A stretch of DNA of 64,000 nt from Planctomycetota bacterium (GTDB lineage: Bacteria > Planctomycetota > Planctomycetia > Planctomycetales > Planctomycetaceae). Under the pieces are notes generated by a model. That model saw only the letters and a list, made by a program, of their open reading frames with translations, was not told the origin of the DNA and ran no database searches. Where the stretch lies: positions 6,131 through 70,130 of the forward strand of contig JANPCU010000176.1 of assembly GCA_031431195.1 (NCBI GenBank), written 5' to 3'. Shown piece by piece: positions 56,717-64,000 of this stretch (its first letter is position 1; every line of letters begins with the position of its first letter). The translations under genes were made by a program, and so were the position numbers.

Positions 56717-57280
56717 CTACATCACCTCTTCATAGCGTACGTCCACAAGGGTCACGAGTGGAGGTCGCACACTGACAGAATACTCCACCACGACATGTCC
56801 CAGGCGTGCCTCGTAAACACCATCGGCACGGCGGAGCCCCAGCCTGCGGGGATCGCGCTGGATCATGGCTTCGAGGTGGTCGACTTCGGGAATGACCGTT
56901 CCGCGTGAGACAGAATCGAACACCCGCTGAAGAGCATCCAGGTAAGCTAATGGACGGACGAGAGTGTGCTGGTGCGGGCAGAGCTTCACGGCCAAGACTC
57001 GCACCAGCAGGTCGGCATCGGAGATGTCGTAGATGATGGCCAGTCGGCCACGCCGAGCGACCCAGTAGCCATTGTCCATCGTCACGCCAGCGCGGTGCGG
57101 GTGGCTGCGGAGGTCTTGTTCGAGTGCGTTGGCATCGCGACCCGTCAGGGGATCTTCCGCATAATATTCCGCGTACAGGGCCTCGATCTCGCGTGCGTAC
57201 TCAATGCGATGCCGCATGTTCCGGACTCCGTGGGCGAGGCCCAATTCAGCGGATGTCAGACGCCGCAGCTGTTCTCTCAA
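56717..57280 (-). CDS. Protein with two RelE/ParE-like repeats (tentative toxin)
   Basis: Two segments end in the toxin-like pattern: YWVARRGRLAIIYDISDADLLVRVLAV and VYEARLGHVVVEYSVSVRPPLVTLVDVRY. Alternative start at 57217. Confidence 0.45.
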   Translation of the reverse strand: MREQLRRLTSAELGLAHGVRNMRHRIEYAREIEALYAEYYAEDPLTGRDANALEQDLRSHPHRAGVTMDNGYWVARRGRLAIIYDISDADLLVRVLAVKLCPHQHTLVRPLAYLDALQRVFDSVSRGTVIPEVDHLEAMIQRDPRRLGLRRADGVYEARLGHVVVEYSVSVRPPLVTLVDVRYEEVM

Positions 57281-57467
57281 TCAATTCACGAAACTCTCCG
57301 CCGCTCTGAAAGTGGGCCGCACGTCGGGTGGCCTCGACGATTTCGACTTCCGTAAATCCATACTCCAATTTCGCAAATACCTGTCCTCGACCATCGACGA
57401 TCTCAACCGTTTCGGTCGCCTCGTCGATGAGTCGCAGCTGTTCGGGTGTGAGTTTGATCTGAATCAT
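57246..57467 (-). CDS. Small putative antitoxin (73 aa)
   Basis: MIQIKLTPEQLRLIDEATETVEIVDGRGQVFAKLEYGFTEVEI..., immediately upstream of the ParE-like gene. Confidence 0.4.
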   Translation of the reverse strand: MIQIKLTPEQLRLIDEATETVEIVDGRGQVFAKLEYGFTEVEIVEATRRAAHFQSGGEFRELIERTAAASDIR

Positions 57468-57758
57468 TGTGCATTGGTCCTCATGCCCGCATTGTCTTCC
57501 ATGCCGAATGACAAATCCAGGCCACTTTGAAATTACGGGGATTCGGTGTGAGCATTTCAATCCAGGCAGAGTCCGGTCGCGTGAAGTGGCTCGACTGCCT
57601 ACGATACTGGAAGAGTATGGGCCGTGGTCGCTATCAGGCGGCGGGTGGCTCGCTCAACTTCGATCGGGAGCAGATCGGTGACAGAGGGATTGAATCAGTC
57701 GTGGGATAGGCTTCCAGCCTGTCAGCTCTTACCTCATGACAGGCTGCATGCCTATCCC

Positions 57759-59462
57759 ATGTGGCTCACCAGGCTGCTGTGTCTGCTCGGCTTGTTCGCC
57801 AGCCCGCTCTACGCCGCCGATGTCCCGACTCCCGTGATCGACGCCCAGCAGGCCCGCATCGCCACAATTCAAAAGGCGATGCCCGCCGTCGTGGCCATCT
57901 TCGACAACGAAGGTAAGGGGGGCGGGTCCGGTGTCCTGATCACGGCGGACGGTTACACCATCACCAACTTCCATGTGGTCGAGGGCATGGGCGGGGCGTT
58001 CATGAAGTGCGGACTGAGTGATGGAAAGCTGTATGAAGCGGTGCTGGTCGGGATCGATCCGACGGGGGATGTAGCGATCATTCAGATGCTGGGCCGGACC
58101 GATTTTCCGGTCGCAGAGATCGGAAACAGCGACGAAGTCCAGATGGGCGATTGGTGCTATGCGATGGGGAATCCGTTCCTGCTCGCGACCGATTATCAAC
58201 CGACCGTGACGTATGGGACGGTGGCCGGGACGCACCGCTATCAGTTCCCGGCGGGGTCATTTCTCGAGTACACCGACTGCCTGCAAGTCGACGCTTCAAT
58301 TAATCCCGGCAACTCAGGCGGCCCGCTGTTCAACGCCCGTGGTCAGCTGATCGGGATTAACGGACGAATCTCCGTCGAGAAGCGCGGCCGCGTGAACATC
58401 GGCGCTGGGTATGCGATCTCCATCAACCAGGTGATGAACTTCCGCGAGCATTTGATGAGCGGGCGTGTGGTGGACCACGCAACGTTAGGGGCCACCGTGA
58501 CGACAGACTCCGAGGGGCGGGTCGTGATCGGCCAAATCCTCGAACAGTCCGAGGCGTATCGTCGCGGGCTGCGCTCCGGGGACGAACTCGTCGAGTTCGC
58601 GGGCCGACCGATTCGCAGCGTCAATCAATTCAAGAACATCCTCGGCATCTACCCGAACGGTTGGAAGCTGCCGCTGACCTACAAGCATGAAGGCGAGCAG
58701 AAGTCGGTGATCGTGCGGTTGCGAACGCTGCACCGGGCGTCGGAACTGAACCCCGAGCAGGAGGAGCTACCCGAGCCGCCGAAGCTCCCGAAGCTGCCAA
58801 TCCCGATCCCTGGCCTCGATCTGCTCACTAAGCCAGACAACCCGCATGCGTACCTCTATGAAGAGAAGTCGGGGTTCGCGAACTTCCACTTCAACAAGGT
58901 CGCGGTCGAGCGGGCCGTGGAGTCGATGCTCCCCTGGGGCAGCTTTGCGAAAGCTCAGGGTCCGTGGAGTTTGACACTCCAGGACCACCGCGGGGCGGTG
59001 ATGCAGGTCAAGCTGACCGATACGACGGTGGCTGTGAAGATTGGCGAGACGCCGTACATCCAGGAGTTGGCCGACCCGCTGCTCGACAAGCCGCCGGGGA
59101 GCGGGGGGCTACTGATCGCGTTTGACCATTTGCGACGGATGCTCATCAATCCGCAGTCGAGGTTTTCGGACTTCTACTACGTCGGTGCCGAGCCGCTCGA
59201 CGGGACCGGGCCGAAAGTCGATGTCCTCGTCGCGCTGCAAGGCACAGCGATCAGTCGCTGGTACTTCCAGCGCGAGCCAGTGGCCCTCGTGGGCTGGGAC
59301 ACCGCCATCGAGGAAGACGCCGACGAGTGCGAGATCCGGTTCACCGAATTGGCCGACTTCGAGGGCCGCAAGCTGCCGAAGAAGCTCACGATCCGCCGGG
59401 CCGAGACGTTGATCGGCGAGTACACGCTGGAAACGGCCACACTGCAGGGAGCGAAGCCATGA
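57759..59462 (+). CDS. HtrA/DegP-like trypsin-fold serine protease with a PDZ domain and a long C-terminal extension
   Basis: Signal MWLTRLLCLLGLFASPLYAADV. Catalytic His in ITNFHVV, Asp in DVAIIQM, Ser in NPGNSGGPLF. PDZ: GLRSGDELVEFAGRPI. Confidence 0.85.
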   Translation: MWLTRLLCLLGLFASPLYAADVPTPVIDAQQARIATIQKAMPAVVAIFDNEGKGGGSGVLITADGYTITNFHVVEGMGGAFMKCGLSDGKLYEAVLVGIDPTGDVAIIQMLGRTDFPVAEIGNSDEVQMGDWCYAMGNPFLLATDYQPTVTYGTVAGTHRYQFPAGSFLEYTDCLQVDASINPGNSGGPLFNARGQLIGINGRISVEKRGRVNIGAGYAISINQVMNFREHLMSGRVVDHATLGATVTTDSEGRVVIGQILEQSEAYRRGLRSGDELVEFAGRPIRSVNQFKNILGIYPNGWKLPLTYKHEGEQKSVIVRLRTLHRASELNPEQEELPEPPKLPKLPIPIPGLDLLTKPDNPHAYLYEEKSGFANFHFNKVAVERAVESMLPWGSFAKAQGPWSLTLQDHRGAVMQVKLTDTTVAVKIGETPYIQELADPLLDKPPGSGGLLIAFDHLRRMLINPQSRFSDFYYVGAEPLDGTGPKVDVLVALQGTAISRWYFQREPVALVGWDTAIEEDADECEIRFTELADFEGRKLPKKLTIRRAETLIGEYTLETATLQGAKP

Positions 59463-59465
59463 GGG

Positions 59466-59695
59466 GGAATTCACCACGGAGACACGGCGGCACAGAGAAG
59501 AAACGAGCATCGGTAAAGTGTGAAAAGTGCCTCACGCCGAGGCGCGAAGGCGCGAAGCAGACAGTCTTCCTGTTCCTTCGCGCCTTCGCGCCTTCGCGTG
59601 AGGCCCTTCCGACTCAGCGATGCACAATTCAAAAGCCCTCTCCTCTGTGCAGCCTCCCTGTTCACCGCTTCGTGCCTCCGTGCCTCCGTGGTGAA
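59466..59695. repeat. MITE/REP-like family 2, copy B (fills the whole intergenic spacer) with an inner GC-rich hairpin
   Basis: Left end GGAATTCACCACGGAGACACGGCGGCACAGAGAAGA. Right end GTGCCTCCGTGCCTCCGTGGTGAA. Inner palindrome GCCTCACGCCGAGGCGCGAAGGCGCGAAG...CTTCGCGCCTTCGCGCCTTCGCGTGAGGC. Confidence 0.55.
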
Positions 59696-60718
59696 ATGAT
59701 CCGTTGCTTATCGACAATGACGATCATCCTCTGTCTCCTTGCCATAACGCTTCACGCTGCGGATCGAAACGTTGTGGAGGCCGAGGTCCAATCGAAAGTC
59801 GTCAAGCTCTTCGGAGCGGGCGGGCTGGCGGGGCTGCAAGGGTACGGCACTGGGTTTGTGATCTCGCCGAATGGGCACATCGCCACGGTGTGGAGCCATT
59901 TGCTGGATGGCGACACGGTGTCGGTGGTCCTCTCGAATGGCAAGCGAATCACCGGCAAGGTGCTGGCTGCCGAGCCGAAGCTCGACCTCGCGGTCATCAA
60001 GATCGAGGCCGAAGGGCTCGACTACTTTGACCTCTCCACCATTGCCACGGGCGGGCCGGGCACGCGGATCTACGCCTTCAGTAACATGTTCAAGGTGGCT
60101 GCGGGGGACGAACCGCTCTCCGTCCAGCACGGCATCATCTCGGCCCGCACTCAACTCAGTGCGCGGCGGGGCCGGTTTGCCTCGAACTACGCTGGGCCGG
60201 TGTACGTGGTCGATGCGATCACGAACAACCCTGGAGCCGCTGGGGGCGTGCTGACCAATCGCGACGGAAAGCTGCTCGGGATGCTGGGACGGGAATTAAG
60301 GGATTCGCAGTCGCAGGTGTGGGTGAACTATGTCGTGCCGATTGGCGAACTGGCCCCGACGTTGACAGCGATGATGCAGGGGGACTACACCCTCGCCAAA
60401 GTCATCGATCCGCTCGCTGTGGCCCGCAACATTCCGCCGCGTACGTTCGGCATGATTTTAGTCCCGGACATTGTCTTTCGTACCCCCGCCTATATCGATG
60501 AGGTCCTCCCCGGCACCGATGCGGAGAAGTTCAAGCTCCAGCCGGATGACTTGATCGTGTTCCTGAATGGCAAGGTCGTGAACTCCGTCCGCACCCTGCA
60601 AGCCGAACTCAATCTGCTCCAGCCCGGTCAGGACGCCGAGTTCGTGATCCGCCGGGGGAGTGAGTTGATTACCGTGAAGTTCCCGGTGCCGCTCGATTTG
60701 GACGAGAAGAAGCCGTGA
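59696..60718 (+). CDS. HtrA-like paralogue lacking the catalytic serine (pseudoprotease) with a PDZ-like C-terminus
   Basis: ITNNPGAAGGVLTNRDGKLLGMLGR aligns with INPGNSGGPLFNARGQLIGINGR of the upstream paralogue (Ser to Ala). His (VWSHLL) and Asp (DLAVIKI) are retained. Confidence 0.75.
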   Translation: MIRCLSTMTIILCLLAITLHAADRNVVEAEVQSKVVKLFGAGGLAGLQGYGTGFVISPNGHIATVWSHLLDGDTVSVVLSNGKRITGKVLAAEPKLDLAVIKIEAEGLDYFDLSTIATGGPGTRIYAFSNMFKVAAGDEPLSVQHGIISARTQLSARRGRFASNYAGPVYVVDAITNNPGAAGGVLTNRDGKLLGMLGRELRDSQSQVWVNYVVPIGELAPTLTAMMQGDYTLAKVIDPLAVARNIPPRTFGMILVPDIVFRTPAYIDEVLPGTDAEKFKLQPDDLIVFLNGKVVNSVRTLQAELNLLQPGQDAEFVIRRGSELITVKFPVPLDLDEKKP

Positions 60719-60805
60719 TCGTCAGTTCGAGGTGTTCTGCATGGTCTCATGACAATCCTCGAAATCGGTTCGCGTCTTGTTCAGTCGATGTGATAGGATC
60801 TCCTG

Positions 60806-61054
60806 ATGGCCACCACGGTTCTTGACCGGCTAATCGAGCCGATTGCGGAATGCCTGACAATTGAAGCAGCGACAAAGGTTGCTTCACTGAGGGCTGATGT
60901 TGTGGACCAGCAGCGGCTCGACGAATTGGCCGAGAAGGCGAATCAAGGGACATTGTCCGCCGAGGAGCGGTCGGACTACGATCGCCTGCTGGCGGCATTT
61001 CACTTCATGACGATCATCCAAGCTCGTGCCCGTCGCCTGCTTCAGGCGGGATGA
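60806..61054 (+). CDS. Small helical hypothetical protein (82 aa)
   Basis: ORF ending 3 nt before the HNH gene. Confidence 0.5.
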   Translation: MATTVLDRLIEPIAECLTIEAATKVASLRADVVDQQRLDELAEKANQGTLSAEERSDYDRLLAAFHFMTIIQARARRLLQAG

Positions 61055-61057
61055 GGA

Positions 61058-61456
61058 ATGGATGCCGACACTCGCCAATTCGTATTTGTCCGCGCTCTCT
61101 ATCAATGTGAGTATTGTCGACTTCCGCAGTCAGCCGCTCCCTACTTCACGTTTCATGTCGAGCATATCGAGGCACAACAGCACATCACTGACGACTCTTT
61201 CGACAACTTGGCGCTGGCCTGTCCTGACTGCAATCGTTACAAAGGGCCAAACCTGGCCACTCTGGATCTGCGGACTCGCGAGATCGTGCGATTGTTTCAT
61301 CCGCGGCACGATCACTGGACGGATCATTTCGAATTTAGGGGTGCCATCCTCATCGGACGATCCGTTCTCGGCGATGCCACGATTCGGCTTCTGCAAATCA
61401 ATACGGTTGATCGAGTGGAGATGAGAGCGGAGTTGCAAGCCGCAGGAGAGATGTAG
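61058..61456 (+). CDS. HNH endonuclease
   Basis: CEYCRLP...FHVEHIEAQQH...NLALACPDCNRYKG. Confidence 0.85.
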   Translation: MDADTRQFVFVRALYQCEYCRLPQSAAPYFTFHVEHIEAQQHITDDSFDNLALACPDCNRYKGPNLATLDLRTREIVRLFHPRHDHWTDHFEFRGAILIGRSVLGDATIRLLQINTVDRVEMRAELQAAGEM

Positions 61457-61639
61457 TCTGTGGTGAGTTCCAGACATCGCTATGGATGTCTGGTCACGAA
61501 GGAGCAAGAGGGATTGAAAGGTGAGCGTGCCACTGCGACCTCTTGTTGTTGCACAACCCAGACGCTCAAAACCGCGTCTGGGCCAGGACTCCGAGTTCCC
61601 GATGCCACTCGATTTGGAAGTGGGGAAGCCGTGACCGCG

Positions 61640-62335
61640 ATGAAGACCAAGCTGGAGGAGACGCCTCTTAAAAACCGGCGGGTGGGTGGGGTGATCGCAT
61701 TGTTCCTGATTGGCGTCGTGGCCTTGATCGCCTACGGAATTCAAGAATCCCGCCGCAGTTTGATTCTGATGCAGACTCATCAAGACCTGAAATGGATCGG
61801 GATGGCACTACATCGATACCACGATCAACACGGTCATTTTCCACTGGTGGTCGAACTGGATAATCGCGGATCACCCACGCACTCTTGGCGGGCCCTCATC
61901 CAGCCCCATCTCGCCGCTGAAGTCAAGACTTCAGACAACTTCCAAGCCTATGACTTCAAACAGAGATGGGACAGCCCCGCCAACTCCGCTGCGGTTCACC
62001 GACATCGCTTCGGAGATCATCGGTATCAGTTTCTGGCTGTGGTCGGCCCGCATGCGGCATGGAGCCGAGAGGGTTCGCGGAAGTTGTCCGACTTCAAAGA
62101 CGGAACATCGAATACCATCCTCGTGATCGGAATTCGTGATTCGGGTATCGGCTGGAACGAGCTGCGAGATGCGGAGTTCGATGGTCAAACACTTACAATC
62201 GGAGGCCGACCGCTCGACCCATCACAGCCACTCTTTGTGCTCATGGCGGACGGAAGTGTGAGATATGGACTCACCGGGGAGAGCTTGGCGTCGTTGTTAT
62301 CCATCGATGCGAAAGATGTTGTCTCCGAGTGGTGA
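61640..62335 (+). CDS. DUF1559-like protein (planctomycete pseudopilin-associated family) with an N-terminal TM helix
   Basis: VIALFLIGVVALIAY, DLKWIGMALHRYHDQHGHFP, HSWRALIQPHL, FKDGTSNTILV, MADGSVRY. Confidence 0.7.
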   Translation: MKTKLEETPLKNRRVGGVIALFLIGVVALIAYGIQESRRSLILMQTHQDLKWIGMALHRYHDQHGHFPLVVELDNRGSPTHSWRALIQPHLAAEVKTSDNFQAYDFKQRWDSPANSAAVHRHRFGDHRYQFLAVVGPHAAWSREGSRKLSDFKDGTSNTILVIGIRDSGIGWNELRDAEFDGQTLTIGGRPLDPSQPLFVLMADGSVRYGLTGESLASLLSIDAKDVVSEW

Positions 62336-62685
62336 ATCGAGGGCTCGCGAGCCGTGATCGCGTAGAAGACTTCGCTGGAGGAGTCGCCCCGCCGATTGAC
62401 GAGGGAACCCAGCTGGGCCTCGTCGAGCGGGTTGTCTTCGTAGATATCGATCCCAAGTTCGTCTGTACTTTTTGGCGTAGCTTCTGACGGGACTTGTCGC
62501 AGTGATGTGTCATTGAAGCACGTCACCTTGACGTAGCAGGACAAGACATGAAACGACAGGAACTAGAGCCTCATCCACGCTTATACTTCGGGTTGAGCGT
62601 CACCGGCCGGGAGGGCATAGCTCCTGCGGGGCCGCGAGCCACGGGACACGTCGACTGGCACGAGCGGCGCGGCAGGAGCCTGGCC

Positions 62686-62905
62686 CCAGTGCTGTGAACA
62701 TGATTGTGGCACAGTCATTCGCTGTGGGACACGTTTTCTGCGGGCTCTTCGCCTCTCCGACCGTCGCTCATGTCGCTCCGCGACTGAGATTCCTCTCCCC
62801 AGCCCCCCTTCGATTTCTGGGGAACCTCCGCGTCGAGTCCTTCATCCGGCGGAATGCGAGTCGCGGAACGACATCGCCTACACTCAATCATGTTCACAGC
62901 ACTGG
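62686..62905. repeat. Perfect 21-bp inverted repeat pair flanking 178 bp
   Basis: CCAGTGCTGTGAACATGATTG (62686-62706) and CAATCATGTTCACAGCACTGG (62885-62905). Confidence 0.8.
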
Positions 62906-62990
62906 CCTCGCCCTCCCGACGGGGTGGAACCCCCCAAATCAGCGTGGACAGGGCACTCGCCCTGGCGGGTGGCCGAGACACAAATGAACA

Positions 62991-63010
62991 CGGCGGACTG
63001 ACGTCCGCCG
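62991..63010 (-). terminator. Possible terminator hairpin downstream of 63039..63986
   Basis: CGGCGGAC-tgac-GTCCGCCG. Only a weak T-rich tail on the minus strand (GTGTTCATTTGTGT). Confidence 0.35.
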
Positions 63011-63038
63011 CTCGCTAGATTTAAGACTCTCAACGTTC

Positions 63039-63986
63039 TTAACGCTTGGATGAGAATCTGCCAGCGGCCTGGGGCACGCGGTAGCCTTCTGACTGGGGCT
63101 CGTCCTGGGTCTGGTACTCGTACTTTTGTTGTTCGATCGTCGCCTGTCGCTGGCGGACTTTCTGCCACTCTTGGATCTGGCTCGTCTTCGGCACTGTGGG
63201 AGTCGGCAGAGTGGCGGAGTCGCTGGTCGGTACGGGGACCGGGTTGATCGGAGCCGGGTTGTACTCGGGCAACGGGGAGATGGTGGTCGGTGTCGCGATC
63301 GGGTACGGCGAACCGCCAAAGGCATACGACTGAGCACAGGCGGGAGCTGCGACCTGCTGAACGGTCTGCTGCGGCACCCACTGCGTCGTGACCTGGGGGA
63401 CGCGCTCCATCACCGTTTGTGGAACCTGACGGTACTGGACCTGGGTCTGCATCACCGTCTGGGGGACGTTCTTCGTCACCATGCGGGGCACCCAGACCTG
63501 CTGGTAGCCACCTTCGTCCATGGTCACTTGCTTGTAGGTCGTCGTCGGCACCTGGACCTGCACCGCTTCCTGCCGCATGATGGTCTTCGGCACATCGCGA
63601 TAGGTGATGATCTGCTGCGGCTGAACCACCGCTTGGGGAACCATCATCGGGGCCGACTGCGGCATCATCATGGCTGGCTGACTGCATCCACAGCCACCCA
63701 TCCCCATCGTGCCATCGCCGAACATCGAGGGACCAGAGATCCGCGTCCGGGTATGCGACCGATAGACCCACGGTCTGTTGTCGCGGGCGCGTGGCCGAGG
63801 CATGTAGGACGGGGCTCCATACGATGGCTGGCCCATCATCGGGCCCATCATCGGAGTCTGTGTGCCGCAAGAGTTGCAGCCGCCCACGGGCCACTGGGCA
63901 TCGACCTGTGCGGGGAGGAGTCCTCCCACCAGAATCAGTCCGGCTCCGACACGATGAATGAGACCGACACGATGAATGAGATTCAT
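63039..63986 (-). CDS. Secreted Gln/Val/Pro/Met-rich repeat protein
   Basis: Signal LILVGGLLPAQVDAQ. Repeated (Y)xQVPQTVM / VPQxVV units and a Cys pair GCGCS. Confidence 0.65.
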   Translation of the reverse strand: MNLIHRVGLIHRVGAGLILVGGLLPAQVDAQWPVGGCNSCGTQTPMMGPMMGQPSYGAPSYMPRPRARDNRPWVYRSHTRTRISGPSMFGDGTMGMGGCGCSQPAMMMPQSAPMMVPQAVVQPQQIITYRDVPKTIMRQEAVQVQVPTTTYKQVTMDEGGYQQVWVPRMVTKNVPQTVMQTQVQYRQVPQTVMERVPQVTTQWVPQQTVQQVAAPACAQSYAFGGSPYPIATPTTISPLPEYNPAPINPVPVPTSDSATLPTPTVPKTSQIQEWQKVRQRQATIEQQKYEYQTQDEPQSEGYRVPQAAGRFSSKR

Positions 63987-64000
63987 AACCGGCTTCCCGC

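Noticed and set aside
62185-62544. 119-aa minus-strand ORF convergent with the DUF1559-like gene
   Set aside because: It overlaps the better-supported gene by about 150 nt. There are no motifs and no start context.
62707-62722. Sigma54-like promoter TGGCAC-N5-TTCGC near the FHA-sigma54 activator region of the genome
   Set aside because: GG-to-GC spacing is 11 rather than 10 nt, the -12 element is TTCGC rather than TTGC, and no credible downstream gene exists.

Overview
High-GC (~60% by eye) bacterial window. The core genes look Planctomycetota-like (DUF1552, DUF1559-like, an FHA-GAF-sigma54 activator, abundant high-GC shadow ORFs); this taxonomic call is inference. There are three parts.
(1) 1-11.46 kb: a divergent envelope cluster. 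It holds a partial secreted repeat protein, a TolC-like outer-membrane factor, three HlyD-type adaptors (one GAF-fused, one fused to an M50 HExxH metalloprotease) and a short SecA paralogue. No ABC/RND/MFS pump is visible. The spacers carry heptamer tandem arrays.
(2) ~11.46-47.2 kb: a ~36 kb integrated, plasmid-like mobilizable element.
- It carries an oriV (two DnaA boxes, an AT-rich stretch, six iterons) with repA, parA plus an RHH partner, and a GCTGGC-repeat region.
- It also carries an orphan methyltransferase, two vapBC pairs, a TrwC/MOBF relaxase, a giant MTase-SNF2 helicase and a second tyrosine recombinase.
- The right end holds parB, a T4CP-like ATPase, xis and int.
- No mating-pore genes are seen, and the att sites are not resolved.
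- It contains two AT-richer cargo islets. The larger one (31.0-35.9 kb) is a tightly coupled four-gene operon behind a consensus sigma70-type promoter that predicts a leaderless mRNA. Its genes are a small protein, a degenerate BadF/NAGK-type ASKHA ATPase, a 648-aa orphan and an AAA+ ATPase with a novel N-domain. I recognise no named system in it, and it is my best candidate for an undescribed defence/conflict system.
(3) 47.3-64 kb: chromosomal genes. These include the sigma54 activator, a family-4 UDG, a ferritin-like protein, DUF1552, tandem HtrA-like proteins (the second lacks the catalytic Ser), HNH, a DUF1559-like protein and a Q/V/P-rich secreted protein. This part also holds a decayed IS5-type transposase carrying MITE insertions, two MITE/REP-like repeat families (two copies each) and a perfect 21-bp inverted repeat pair.
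No rRNA, tRNA or CRISPR was found. All family calls come from motif recognition by eye; no searches were run.
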